The notes: generated by a model not told the origin, from the sequence alone. 64,000 nucleotides of DNA from an uncultured Thermodesulfobacteriota bacterium (GCA_964566035.1 CAZMHH010000002.1:64013-128012); one strand, 5' to 3'. Counted from the stretch's first letter, positions 19,833 through 30,499 are shown. Numbers and translations: made by a program.

Positions 19833-22142
19833 TTGGGCAGAGATAATAAAACTGAAAAACACCTCAAAGAAAACAGTTTCCGGTTGTCCCTGTTTGAGGC
19901 CATTCTGGAGAATGCAGGAGAAGAATGTTATCTTGTCAAACCCGGAGGTCAGCTCGTTTATGTGAACAGAGCTGCTGCGCAGAGCCTTGGATACACGGTT
20001 GAGGAGATGCTTTCTATTGGAGTTCCTGGTTTTGACCTGAAATTCGGGCCTGTTTTTGAGAGCCTTTTTATGGAGTTAAAAGTTAAAAATGTTCCTCCTT
20101 TTGAAACTATCCACACAGCAAAAGACGGACGTAAAATTCCAAAAGAGATAAAAGCCGTTTACATGAGTTTTGGGGATGAGGAGTATGTATGCGGTTTTGG
20201 TCGCGATACAACAGAGCGCAAAGCCGCTGAGGAAGAACTGCACAGAAGGGAACGGCAGTTTTCGCTTATTGCCAATAATTTTCCGGGAATTGTATCCCGT
20301 CTTGACAGAAATCTGGTGTTTACATTTTCCATAAGAGGTTATGAGCCTGTATCAGAAATTGTTCCAAAAAATGTAATAGGCCAGTCATTAAGGGATGTAA
20401 TCGGCAGGAAAACATGGAACATTGCACAGCCGTATATCAAGCAGGCTCTGACCGGGGAACAGGTCTCTTTTGAAAACACCCATACTCTGCCTTCGGGAAA
20501 GACCTTTTCTGTTTTAAACACACTTGTTCCGGATCTTGATTCTGAAGACAATGTAGAAGGGATTTTTACTTTTGCAATAGATATAACGAAAAGAAAAGAG
20601 GCTGAACAGGCACTTCTTGAAAGCGAGGAGAGGTACAGGCGGTTGTATGAGGGCAGCAGGGACGGGATTGTAAGGGTTGATATGCACGGCAATATATTGG
20701 AATTTAATCAAAGCTACCAGGCAATGCTTGGATATACAAAGGAGGAAATAGAGGGAAAAAACTACAGACAGTTTACCCTGTCAAGGTGGTTGGAAGCAGA
20801 AGAACAGATTCTTTCAGAACAGACCAAGAAAAAGGGCTACTCTGAAGTTTATGAAAAAGAGTATGTAAGAAAGGACGGATCGATATTTCCCGTAGAACTG
20901 AGGACATTTCTTATAAATAAAAAAGGTAAAAATATCGGAATGTGGGCAATTGTACGTGATATTGAAGAACGTAAAAAGGTTGAGCAGAATTTAATGCAGG
21001 CTCATAAGATGCAGGCAATAGGCACACTTGCCGGAGGGATTGCTCATGATTTTAATAATATCCTGGCGGGGATTCTTGGATATGCCCAGATTATAAAGAA
21101 AAAACTGCCAGAGAACAGCCCACTGAACAGTTATATTCAACAGATATTCAGAATGGGTGACAGAGCGGTAAATCTTATCGATCAGATTCTTGCTTTCAGT
21201 CGAAAAACAGATATTCAACCCAAGCCATTGTTGCTTAGTCTTATTATAAAGGAAAGTCTTAAAATGCTTCATTCAACTATTCCTGCACATATAAGCATTG
21301 ATCAGAAAATATTTGACACAGAAAGCACTGTGCTTGCCGACCCTGCACAGATCCACCAGGTGCTTATGAATCTTTTCTCGAATGCAGCATACGAGTTGCA
21401 GGAGACAGGCGGTGTTATAGAGGTGGTACTTAAAAAGCTGAACCTGAAAGAAGAAAACATAAAAAAATATCCCGGACTGAAACCCGGGCATTTTTTATCC
21501 CTTACTGTAAGGGATACAGGGTCAGGGATTGACGGCTCAATTAAAGACCGTATTTTTGACCCCTTTTTTACAACTAAACCTGTTGGAAGCGGAACAGGCA
21601 TGGGGCTTGCCGTGGTACACGGGATTGTGGAAAGCCTTAATGGTGTAATAAGGGTTGAATCAGCAATTGAAAAGGGAACAACTTTTCAGATTATTTTGCC
21701 AGTATCAAAATTAATAGAAAATGTCCATACTGATGCTGAGGATACAAAGAAAATTGCGGGTGGAAGTGAGAGTATTATGATAATAGATGATGAAGAATCT
21801 CTTACCTTTACTTTTGGAAAAATTCTGGCAGAAATGGGTTACCGGATAAAAACAGAGAATAAAAGCATGGAAGCACTAAATGATTTTGAACAGAATCCAG
21901 CTTGCTATGATTTGATAATAACAGATATGTCAATGCCTCAGATGACGGGGTTTGAACTTGCCAAAAGGATAATGGATATACGTCCTGAAATGCCATTGAT
22001 AATATGTACGGGGCACAGTGATGTTCTTACAGAAGAAAAGATCCAAAAAGCAGGTATCAAAGCATTGTTAAAAAAGCCTGTAACTGCTGAAAAACTTCTG
22101 AAAACCGTCCGTTATGTTCTTGATGAAAACAAGATAAAATAA
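19833..22142 (+). CDS. PAS/PAC sensor hybrid histidine kinase with C-terminal receiver domain
   Basis: 769 aa. Several PAS-like segments. H-box HDFNNILAGILGYAQ, G-boxes DTGSGID and GSGTGMGLAVV, and a C-terminal REC domain (IIDDEE...DLIITDMSMP...K). TTG start. Confidence 0.85.
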   Translation: MGRDNKTEKHLKENSFRLSLFEAILENAGEECYLVKPGGQLVYVNRAAAQSLGYTVEEMLSIGVPGFDLKFGPVFESLFMELKVKNVPPFETIHTAKDGRKIPKEIKAVYMSFGDEEYVCGFGRDTTERKAAEEELHRRERQFSLIANNFPGIVSRLDRNLVFTFSIRGYEPVSEIVPKNVIGQSLRDVIGRKTWNIAQPYIKQALTGEQVSFENTHTLPSGKTFSVLNTLVPDLDSEDNVEGIFTFAIDITKRKEAEQALLESEERYRRLYEGSRDGIVRVDMHGNILEFNQSYQAMLGYTKEEIEGKNYRQFTLSRWLEAEEQILSEQTKKKGYSEVYEKEYVRKDGSIFPVELRTFLINKKGKNIGMWAIVRDIEERKKVEQNLMQAHKMQAIGTLAGGIAHDFNNILAGILGYAQIIKKKLPENSPLNSYIQQIFRMGDRAVNLIDQILAFSRKTDIQPKPLLLSLIIKESLKMLHSTIPAHISIDQKIFDTESTVLADPAQIHQVLMNLFSNAAYELQETGGVIEVVLKKLNLKEENIKKYPGLKPGHFLSLTVRDTGSGIDGSIKDRIFDPFFTTKPVGSGTGMGLAVVHGIVESLNGVIRVESAIEKGTTFQIILPVSKLIENVHTDAEDTKKIAGGSESIMIIDDEESLTFTFGKILAEMGYRIKTENKSMEALNDFEQNPACYDLIITDMSMPQMTGFELAKRIMDIRPEMPLIICTGHSDVLTEEKIQKAGIKALLKKPVTAEKLLKTVRYVLDENKIK

Positions 22143-22252
22143 ATCCAAAAACATTCTCTTCCTTCTTTATCTCTTTATAAATATAAAAAGATAATATATA
22201 ATATTAGCTTGCCCAAAAAAGTTACAATTTAATTTTTCAGGATTCTTCTTTT

Positions 22253-23944
22253 ATGAAAAAGAAAAAAATATTAATTGTATTGGTTCTTTCTGTTCTTTTG
22301 CTGTTCCTTATTTTTTTTGCAGTCGCTGCTTATTTATTTTCTCCAAAAGGCAATGAGTTTCTAAAAAATTATGCAGAGAAAGAACTGAACCAAAAAACAG
22401 ATATCCCTGTTGAAATCAAAACTCTTGAAATAAATTCGGGAAAAATTGTTCTGGAGATTTATTTTAAAGACAGCTCAAAAATAGTGTTTAATGGAAAATA
22501 TTCTCTTACCGGCTTATGGGCAAAAGGCGTCTATGATGCCGACATAAAAGACCTTTCAGTTCTGAAGGAATTTACCGGCAGAAAACTGCATGGTTCTCTG
22601 AAGATAAAAGGCAACCTGAAATGGGAAAAGGGTGAACTGAAATTTGAGGGCTTATCTGATATATTTGGGGGCAAATCATCTTTTTCAGGAAGCCTTAATG
22701 CACCTGTGATAAAGGATTTTTCCCTTGATATCCAGAAACTTAATGTAAAAAAGATGTTTGAGACCCTTGGTTTTCCCTTTTACACAACAGGAGATATAAA
22801 CGCGAGAGCGGATATTGCAAGCTTTAATCTCCATAGTAAAAAAATAGAAGGCAGGCTTGATATCTCCTCAAAAAATATAAGAACAGTTGATTCAGAGCTA
22901 AAAAGAACACTACAGCTTGACTATGTTGAACCAGTAAAGGCGGAGATTTATATTATCTCAAACTTTCAAGATACATTTGCAGTAATAACTGCCAATGTTA
23001 CAAGTAATATTGCCTCATTAAAAACCTCCCAAACAGCATTCGATCTTAGTACAAAAACGCTTGAGTCTGAGTATGAAATTTATCTGCCCGACCTTAAAAA
23101 ACTTAAATTTATTGCAGAACGCAATATGATAGGTGATTTGAGAGTCAAAGGCGATATAAAAAAAGAAGGTGAAATGATTTATTTCTCTGCATCAACCGGG
23201 TCTCTTGGGGGAAGCATTGCAATTGACTATAATAAAAATAAATTGACTGCAGAAATGAGAGATGTTTCAGCAGCAAAGGTAAGCTCTATGTTTGCTATGG
23301 ATGACATGTTTGGAAAAGGAGAGTTCAGTCTTGATGCAGATGCAGTTTTGTATGGAGAAAACAGGGAGGAAGTATTGAAAAACCTGTATGGAAAATTCCA
23401 TCTAAAGGGAAGAAACATTGTTTTAAATTTAATAGATATTGACGGTGTAATTGAGGGTTTGAGCCGAACAAAACAGATAAACCTTTTTGATATTGGCGCA
23501 ATAGCACTGGCAGGCCCGCTTGGTTTTGCCCTTACAAAAGCAGAGGATGTAAGCCGCACTGCTTACAGTTCATATGCAAGGGGCAGTAGCGTGATAAAAG
23601 AAATTAATGCCCAGTGGATTATAAACAGAGGAATAGCAGAAACAGAGGATGTTGCGTTTTCAACAAAAAAAAACCGCCTTGCTTCCAGGGGAAGGATAGA
23701 CCTTAAAAGCCAGAGGTTTTTGAACTTCAATATTGCTCTGATAGATGAACAGGGATGCTCAACATTTATGCAGCGGGTAGAGGGGAGGCTTACTAATCCC
23801 AAAGTATCGGCTTCAAAAACATTTGCTGAAACAGCAAGGAATATTTTTGATTCAATAGTATCAAAAGTGCCTGTACGGGAAGATAAGCAACAAAACAAAT
23901 GCGAATTCCTCTATAAAGGTGTTGTACAGCATCCTGTCAACTAA
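22253..23944 (+). CDS. AsmA-like / DUF748-type membrane-anchored periplasmic protein
   Basis: 563 aa. One N-terminal transmembrane helix (ILIVLVLSVLLLFLIFFAVAAYLF), followed by a long beta-rich Lys/Ser/Gly repetitive region, the architecture expected of AsmA-family proteins. Family assignment is tentative. Confidence 0.45.
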   Translation: MKKKKILIVLVLSVLLLFLIFFAVAAYLFSPKGNEFLKNYAEKELNQKTDIPVEIKTLEINSGKIVLEIYFKDSSKIVFNGKYSLTGLWAKGVYDADIKDLSVLKEFTGRKLHGSLKIKGNLKWEKGELKFEGLSDIFGGKSSFSGSLNAPVIKDFSLDIQKLNVKKMFETLGFPFYTTGDINARADIASFNLHSKKIEGRLDISSKNIRTVDSELKRTLQLDYVEPVKAEIYIISNFQDTFAVITANVTSNIASLKTSQTAFDLSTKTLESEYEIYLPDLKKLKFIAERNMIGDLRVKGDIKKEGEMIYFSASTGSLGGSIAIDYNKNKLTAEMRDVSAAKVSSMFAMDDMFGKGEFSLDADAVLYGENREEVLKNLYGKFHLKGRNIVLNLIDIDGVIEGLSRTKQINLFDIGAIALAGPLGFALTKAEDVSRTAYSSYARGSSVIKEINAQWIINRGIAETEDVAFSTKKNRLASRGRIDLKSQRFLNFNIALIDEQGCSTFMQRVEGRLTNPKVSASKTFAETARNIFDSIVSKVPVREDKQQNKCEFLYKGVVQHPVN

Positions 23945-25509
23945 CATTTTCCACTCTCCAGCGCCTCTCTAATCTTTCTTGAAATATCGTTTATACCGAA
24001 TGGTTTTTGTATAAAGGAACAAAAGCCGTTTTTAACAATATCCTCAACTTCCAGCTCATCTCCCAGCCCTGTTGCAAGAATAAACCTAGTATTTGAATTC
24101 TCCTGCCTGAGAACGTTAAACAGTTCTCCTCCGTTCATTTCAGGCATTAAATAATCAAGAACTACCACATCTATGTGTTCTCTGTTTTTTTTAAAAACAT
24201 CTACCGCATGATGAGGGCTGTTAGCCGTGATGGTTTTATACCCGAGTGTCTGGAGCATCTCTGCAGCAACATTAAGCATTGAAGGTTCATCATCAACAAG
24301 CATAACGGTTTCAGAGCCTTTAAAAACTTTTTCCCGGGGTGGTTCTATCTTCTGTGGTTTTTTATCAGAGGCAGGAAGGTAGATTGTAAATTCACTGCCG
24401 ATCTGCTTTTGACTTGTTGCGGTTATAATTCCGCCATGATTTTTAATTATTTCGTAACAGGAAGAAAGCCCAAGCCCCGACCCCAACTCATTTCCTTTTG
24501 TTGTAAAAAATGGTTCAAAAACTCTTTGCAGTATTTCTTCATCCATTCCTGTTCCTGTATCTTTAACTTTTATCATAACATATCTGCCCGGTGATATTAA
24601 GGTGGTCTGGGGATTTTGAGGCTTTATTTTAATGTTGCCTGTTTCAACAATTATTTTACCGCCATGTGGCATGGCATGACATGCATTGACATAAAGATTC
24701 ATCATTACCTGTTCAACCTGTCCTTCATCTGCTTCTATGCAGTGCATGTTTTTATCAAAAACATGTTCTATTGATATGTTTTTTCCTGTTTTTTGATAAA
24801 TGTCTGATATGCTTTTTATTAAATCTCTTATATCCAGAACAACTGTATCGCGTTTTCTGCCCTTTGCAAGGTTTAAAAGCTGTTTTGTTATTTTGGTGCC
24901 ACTTCTGACCTGTTTCTCAATACTCAGCAGTTTTTCATGTTCAGGGGATCCGGGAACTGAGGTTGCAATCAGCAGGGATGTATAACCCAGGACATTCATA
25001 AGTATATTGTTAAAGTCATGAGCCATACCTCCTGCAAGTGTTGCAACAGCTTTCATTGTTGCGGTATGCTGAACAAGGCGCTGAAACTTTTCTTCTGAAA
25101 GCTGAAGATTTTTTTTCATTGCAATGCTCTCAGCGCTCAGTCGTTTCTGCTCGAGAGCGTTTTCAACACGTTTTAGCAGCTCTTCAAACTCGAAAGGTTT
25201 TTTCAGATAATCATAAGCACCTTTTTTAAGAGCTTCAACAGCAGATTCTATTGTTGCATTTCCTGTTATTACAATGGTTTTAAAATCAACATTTTTCTCT
25301 TCAAAATGTTTTATTATATCAATTCCGTTCACATCCGGCAGGACCATATCAAGAATTACAATGTCAGGTTTGTGAGAACTTAAAATATCTATTGCCTCCC
25401 TGCCACACCCTGCAGTGGTAACTTCAAATCCCTGTCCTTTAAGGAGGATAGCCAGGCTCTGGCATATATGTTTTTCATCATCAACAACCAGTATTCTTTC
25501 CTTCTTCAT
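23941..25509 (-). CDS. Hybrid histidine kinase with N- and C-terminal receiver domains (REC-HisKA-HATPase-REC)
   Basis: 522 aa. N-terminal REC (ILVVDDEK...DIVILDMVLPDVNG...K). H-box HDFNNILMNVLGY. G-boxes DTGTGMD and GSGLGL. C-terminal REC (VMLVDDEP...DVVVLDYLMPEMNG). Confidence 0.85.
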   Translation of the reverse strand: MKKERILVVDDEKHICQSLAILLKGQGFEVTTAGCGREAIDILSSHKPDIVILDMVLPDVNGIDIIKHFEEKNVDFKTIVITGNATIESAVEALKKGAYDYLKKPFEFEELLKRVENALEQKRLSAESIAMKKNLQLSEEKFQRLVQHTATMKAVATLAGGMAHDFNNILMNVLGYTSLLIATSVPGSPEHEKLLSIEKQVRSGTKITKQLLNLAKGRKRDTVVLDIRDLIKSISDIYQKTGKNISIEHVFDKNMHCIEADEGQVEQVMMNLYVNACHAMPHGGKIIVETGNIKIKPQNPQTTLISPGRYVMIKVKDTGTGMDEEILQRVFEPFFTTKGNELGSGLGLSSCYEIIKNHGGIITATSQKQIGSEFTIYLPASDKKPQKIEPPREKVFKGSETVMLVDDEPSMLNVAAEMLQTLGYKTITANSPHHAVDVFKKNREHIDVVVLDYLMPEMNGGELFNVLRQENSNTRFILATGLGDELEVEDIVKNGFCSFIQKPFGINDISRKIREALESGKC

Positions 25510-25518
25510 AATTATTTA

Positions 25519-28518
25519 TTAATCTCCATTTACAGGCAGTCTAATTTTAAATTCTGTGCCCCTGTCCTTCTGTGGTAAACACTGAATTGTTCCTTTCATG
25601 GAATGTACAATACCATATACAACAGATAGCCCAAGTCCTGTATGCCCCTGCCCTTTTGTGGTAATATAAGGTTCAAAAATCCTCTGTCTTACCTCTTCGG
25701 GAAGCCCTGGCCCGTTATCGCTGATTATTATTTGAACAAAAGGCGGTTCAGAGGGAAGCAGATCAGTTTTTACAGTAATATCACCGCCTTCGGTAAGAGC
25801 TTCACCCGCATTTTTAATTAGATTGGTAAAGACCTGTTTAAGCCCTTCTTTGTTTGCTTTTAAATTTATTTCAGGCTGTTTAAATTGCGTATGAACCCTT
25901 ATTGCTTTTGTTGACAGGTATCCTTTAGTTATATTTAGTACCTCGGATATAACTTTATTTATATCAAGCAGTTCTTTAACAGCATGGTCAGGCAGAGAAA
26001 AATTAGACAAACCATCAACTATCCGTGAAGCTGAGTTTATCTCTTCCTGGATTATTTTAATTTCATTAAGATCAACATTCTGTTCAGCAAGGCGCATCTG
26101 TAGTATTTTTAAATAATTTTTGATTATACTAAGAGGGTTGTTTACTTCATGAGCAATTTTTCTGGCCACAGCCTTTGCTGCATCCATCCGCTCAGTTATT
26201 CTAACTACTTCCTGCTGATTTCTAAGTTTATCAGCATAGAGGGCAACACAGGTATGGTTCATAAAATTTTTAAGTAAGGCACTGTCATGTTTTAGAAATT
26301 CAATATAGTGTCTATCGCCCCCTACAGCAAAGACACCTAAACAGTCCCCCCTGCATGATAGCGGAAAACATATTATGCCCTCTTTTCCTGTGAGTTGTAT
26401 TATCTGTTCATCAATTATGGAGAGCCTGCTTTTTTGGAGGAACTCAAAAGAATCTGTAATAGTGTTATGTTTAAAACAATGGGACAATATGGTGCGGTCG
26501 TGTCTCAAAGGCACTGTAATTGGACCTATTGTTGAATTGAGACGGAGATCAGATGATGTGGAGCACACAAGAACGTCCATATTTTTTTTATACAGAAAAA
26601 CAAGTAGCTGTTCAGCTCCAAACAGTATCTTGAAACCACTTTCAGCAGCATTTATAATTTCCGCGGTATTTACCGCCTTTGAAATGTTTTCTACGGTTCC
26701 AAAAAGCACTGAAATCTCTTTTACATAACCTGAAAGCTCTTCCTGCTTCTGTTTGTCAGAAACATCTTCTTCTTCTGTTATTTCAATTCCAAGAGAAAGG
26801 GCTGTCTGGTTAGCCTTTTCTTTCATCTCATCTAATATCTTTTCCACCTCCTCGGATGAAAATCCGAGAAGTTCCCAGGCTTTTCTATAGCCTGTATTCC
26901 TCAGTTTTTCATTGTCAGAACAAAGGGCGTTTGATGTGTTGATTATTTTTACAAAATCAAATGCATTAAGCGCCCTTTCTAAGGGCTCATGATGATAAAG
27001 AACTGCATGACTGATAAAAGATTGAAGATTCCATTTCTGAATAAGTTCTGCGCCTGCCATGCAGTGATTTATACCGAGCTTGTTTTTTTCAAGATTTAAC
27101 AGCTCTTCCGGATCTGCTGCTTTTTTAAGTATAGCGGGGTATTTTTCGGGAAAGTTTGCAAGCAGAATTAGTTTTCCCATATCATGGAGAAGCCCTGATA
27201 GAAAGGCATCTTCAGGGGATGAAACAGAGCCTTTTTTTGCCATTAAACTTGAGCATATCCCTACATAAAGAGAGTGTCTCCAGAAATGTTTTAAGTTGAT
27301 AGAGCTGGAATATTGAGAGGTACTGAAAACCTGACAGACAGAAGCACTTACAGCCAGGTTTCTGATTGTTGAGCATCCGAGCAGGGATACAGCCTGTTCA
27401 ATATCTGTCGGTTTGGTGTTAAGATGGTAAAAGGCAGAATTAACCATCTTAAGGGTTTTTGAGCAGAGCACAGGATCTTTTTCAATAATACCGGCAATCT
27501 CTTTTAAACTTGTCTCCTCCCCTGAACATGCCTGAATCAGTCTCAGAAGAATATGCGGAAGAGACGGAAAGTTTAATGTATATAAGAGTCCCCTTTTTTC
27601 TTCCTTCAATTGTTGACCGGATATTTTAGATGGCAGGATGCCCTGTTTTTTTGAAGTAATTTTATCATCAGTTTGGTTCTTATTAACCTGCAAATGCTTT
27701 TCATTAAATTCAAAATTAGAGCCTGTAAAACTGAAAAATCTGGACCAGAAAGATGCTGAAGATGAAAGGTTAAGATTTTCGGTTCTGTTTTCAAGCAGCC
27801 GAACTGCAGCAGACTTAAACCCCTTTGAAGCTTTAGAACCTGGATAGAGGGTTATTAAAGGGACCTGTTTTTTTACTGCTTCCTGAAGAGCCTCATCATA
27901 GAGAATAACCCCAAGCGGTTCAATATCCACTGCAAGATATTTGTTTACAACCTCTTTTAATTTCTTATACACCTGTGTTGCTTTATCCATGTTGCTGCAC
28001 TGATTGATTACAAGCTTTATTGTACCGGTGAATTTTTGAGCGTTTAAAACCTTCAGCAGTGAATAGGAATCTGTTAAAGATGTAGGTTCCGGAGTTACCA
28101 CACAGACAATTTCTTTTGAAGCCATACAAAAACTTATTACATTTCTTGAAATCCCGGCTGCTGTATCAAATATTAAAAAGTCATAGCAATCAAGAGGATT
28201 AAAGGTTTTTATCAATTCATCAATTGACTCTTTTTCAAGATTTGCAAGTTTTTCAACCCCGGAACTTCCTGGAATAATATCGATACCGTGATAATTTTTA
28301 ATAATCACATCCTCAAGCCTTTTTTCCTTTGACACAACATCTTCAATACCAAACTCAGGATAAATACCAAGCAGTACATTTATATTTGAAAGCCCCAGGT
28401 CTGCATCAAAGAGACAGACCCTCGAGTCCTTTTCTGCAAGACAGAGCGCAAGGTTTAAAGCAGTGTTTGTTTTGCCCACACCTCCCTTACCACCTGTAAC
28501 TGCAATTGTTCTTATCAT
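25519..28518 (-). CDS. Multidomain sensor: MinD/ParA-family P-loop ATPase fused to an HDOD domain, a GAF-like domain and a histidine kinase
   Basis: 999 aa. N-terminal deviant Walker A GGKGGVGKT with a MinD/FlhG-like domain of about 250 aa. HDOD block (...LLHDMGKLILLANFPEKY...LYHHEP). C-terminal H-box HEVNNPLSII and G-boxes DNGPGLP and GLGLSVV. Confidence 0.8.
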   Translation of the reverse strand: MIRTIAVTGGKGGVGKTNTALNLALCLAEKDSRVCLFDADLGLSNINVLLGIYPEFGIEDVVSKEKRLEDVIIKNYHGIDIIPGSSGVEKLANLEKESIDELIKTFNPLDCYDFLIFDTAAGISRNVISFCMASKEIVCVVTPEPTSLTDSYSLLKVLNAQKFTGTIKLVINQCSNMDKATQVYKKLKEVVNKYLAVDIEPLGVILYDEALQEAVKKQVPLITLYPGSKASKGFKSAAVRLLENRTENLNLSSSASFWSRFFSFTGSNFEFNEKHLQVNKNQTDDKITSKKQGILPSKISGQQLKEEKRGLLYTLNFPSLPHILLRLIQACSGEETSLKEIAGIIEKDPVLCSKTLKMVNSAFYHLNTKPTDIEQAVSLLGCSTIRNLAVSASVCQVFSTSQYSSSINLKHFWRHSLYVGICSSLMAKKGSVSSPEDAFLSGLLHDMGKLILLANFPEKYPAILKKAADPEELLNLEKNKLGINHCMAGAELIQKWNLQSFISHAVLYHHEPLERALNAFDFVKIINTSNALCSDNEKLRNTGYRKAWELLGFSSEEVEKILDEMKEKANQTALSLGIEITEEEDVSDKQKQEELSGYVKEISVLFGTVENISKAVNTAEIINAAESGFKILFGAEQLLVFLYKKNMDVLVCSTSSDLRLNSTIGPITVPLRHDRTILSHCFKHNTITDSFEFLQKSRLSIIDEQIIQLTGKEGIICFPLSCRGDCLGVFAVGGDRHYIEFLKHDSALLKNFMNHTCVALYADKLRNQQEVVRITERMDAAKAVARKIAHEVNNPLSIIKNYLKILQMRLAEQNVDLNEIKIIQEEINSASRIVDGLSNFSLPDHAVKELLDINKVISEVLNITKGYLSTKAIRVHTQFKQPEINLKANKEGLKQVFTNLIKNAGEALTEGGDITVKTDLLPSEPPFVQIIISDNGPGLPEEVRQRIFEPYITTKGQGHTGLGLSVVYGIVHSMKGTIQCLPQKDRGTEFKIRLPVNGD

Positions 28519-28605
28519 AATATTTTTACTGTTTGTGTTGTTATTATATATTTTTATGGTAATCGGATTTTTTACAGATATGTTTAGATTTTTATGGCAG
28601 GGGCA

Positions 28606-28641
28606 GGAAAAAAGCCCCGGACTTTTTGGTCAGGGGCTTTT
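28606..28641 (-). terminator. Rho-independent terminator downstream of the lipoprotein gene 28673..30499
   Basis: On the minus strand: AGCCCC, a 14-nt loop, GGGGCT, then a T6 run. GC stem 28614-28618 pairs with 28633-28637. An A-run on the plus side makes it formally bidirectional. Confidence 0.6.
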
Positions 28642-28672
28642 GGGTTAGTCAGCAATTATAAAAAACTGTAAT

Positions 28673-30499
28673 TTATTCTTTTGCAAGCCGGTAAATCTTT
28701 GCTCCCAGATAACCCTCTTCCCTTTCATCCTCAGGCCAGTAGTTTGAGGGAAGAAGATTTGAAGCAGCAACATAGAGCTTGTCTTCAAATTCTGTAAAAG
28801 CCTCTATCTGGAGGATTGTTTTATCTCCAAAACCGTTTTGAAACACAGGGCTCCATGTATAAACTCCATCTTTTCCTGTCATCTTCCATAGATGCGCTCC
28901 TTCTATCTCATCAACTTTTTTCCCGAATTCAACATTGTTCTGATACGTGCCGGCATACATGGAATTTCCGAATGTATATAGATTCATACAAATAATTGAG
29001 GCATATCCCTTATTCATTCCAAACCCCCCCGGTACATCAGAATCGCCACCAACATTATACTGCCATGTAGGTGTTATTCCGTCATCCTGAAAGTCATTCT
29101 CTGAGCCTGTTTCTGTAAACATGATTCTTCCCCCGTCAAGAATTCTGGCAATAGATGTGAAAAGTTTCCCGTCGTATTCTGCCCAGTCCCAGGCTTGAAA
29201 ATTTGATTCAAAAAAATTTGTAGACCCATCTCCAAACCCGTTTTCATTAGTTCCCGTAGTATTTTCATCCACAAAATAATCTATAATAGGTGACCAGTCA
29301 CCGCTGTCGAGTTTGAACACCCTTGCCCCGATCCCGTTGCATCCTGTTGAACCTGTTCCGCCCACAAAGAGGGTCTCTTCTCCTGTTATAGTGCTTTTGC
29401 CGAATTTGTTTGAGCTTGAACAGACAGGACTCCCGTTTCTGTACTCCTGACTAGAAATTAAACATCCGTGCAAATTCAGGTTCCAGTCATATCCATGAAA
29501 AAGCCCGAAACTTCTCTTGGAGGATTTTTCCCAGTTAATTCCATCAGAGGTTTTCATGATGTGGGTTCCGCTTTCATAATTCAGTCCAATTGATGCATAA
29601 AGCTCATTGTCCAAGATTTCAAAATCAACAATGGTTTTATTCCAGAAATCTCCAAAACCGTTGATTCTGTCTCCGGTCATAATAAAATATTCCAAACCTG
29701 CTAAAAGCGCAGGAACTGTATATCCGGGACGGCCGGGTTCCCCCGGAACAAAAAATTCATCGCACCGGGTATATTCATTAAAATAGTCGGGGGTTCTATC
29801 AAGTTTTGCAGCAGCACATTCAGACTGTTGTACTGTAAGGGTATTTTCTGTATTACTGATTATTCTGAACACCCGTCCCTTGCTGTCAGATTTTTCATCT
29901 GTTATCCATAGGGTTCCTCCTGCCCATTCATTTTCATCCCAATCCTTGGCATAATCCGTGAAATCGGCTGTCTCATGGTCATCATCAAGGGAACAGCCAA
30001 AAATTTCATCTATTATGCCTTCTTCACTTTTATCAGCAAGCAAGTGTGAAATAACCGGTTCCCAGTCTTCTCCATCAAATCTCCATATTTCACAACCAAC
30101 TGATTTATATCTATTAGCTCCCTGAAACCCTGAAGATACGGCAACATAAAGATGTTCTTTAAATTCTATCATATCACCCCATATATTGTGCATAAATTCA
30201 TGGAAAATACCGTTGGTAAAGCCTGGTGCACTTACTTTCTCCCAACTCTCTCCTTTTGTATGCCACAACTCAAAACCTGATACATCATTGCGTGTAATGG
30301 CATAAAGACTTCCCTGAAAAGGAGTCATTGCCACAACAGAAACATTGTATTTATCTCCAAATCCGGCTACACTTACCCTTTCCCATACAGATCCGTCTTC
30401 ACCTTCAAGCTGTTCAAGGCTCTTTGGAACATTGTTTTCAGGAAAGCACCCCGTAAAAACAAATAATAAAAACAATATTGATAAAAATATCTTTTTCAT
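28673..30499 (-). CDS. Lipoprotein with ELWxxDG-like beta-propeller repeats; function unknown
   Basis: 608 aa. Lipobox FLLFVFTGC. Recurring blades (GFELWHTKGESW, EIWRFDGEDW, RVFKLDSGDW, HLWKMTGKDGVYTW) and many GFGD motifs. Confidence 0.6.
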   Translation of the reverse strand: MKKIFLSILFLLFVFTGCFPENNVPKSLEQLEGEDGSVWERVSVAGFGDKYNVSVVAMTPFQGSLYAITRNDVSGFELWHTKGESWEKVSAPGFTNGIFHEFMHNIWGDMIEFKEHLYVAVSSGFQGANRYKSVGCEIWRFDGEDWEPVISHLLADKSEEGIIDEIFGCSLDDDHETADFTDYAKDWDENEWAGGTLWITDEKSDSKGRVFRIISNTENTLTVQQSECAAAKLDRTPDYFNEYTRCDEFFVPGEPGRPGYTVPALLAGLEYFIMTGDRINGFGDFWNKTIVDFEILDNELYASIGLNYESGTHIMKTSDGINWEKSSKRSFGLFHGYDWNLNLHGCLISSQEYRNGSPVCSSSNKFGKSTITGEETLFVGGTGSTGCNGIGARVFKLDSGDWSPIIDYFVDENTTGTNENGFGDGSTNFFESNFQAWDWAEYDGKLFTSIARILDGGRIMFTETGSENDFQDDGITPTWQYNVGGDSDVPGGFGMNKGYASIICMNLYTFGNSMYAGTYQNNVEFGKKVDEIEGAHLWKMTGKDGVYTWSPVFQNGFGDKTILQIEAFTEFEDKLYVAASNLLPSNYWPEDEREEGYLGAKIYRLAKE

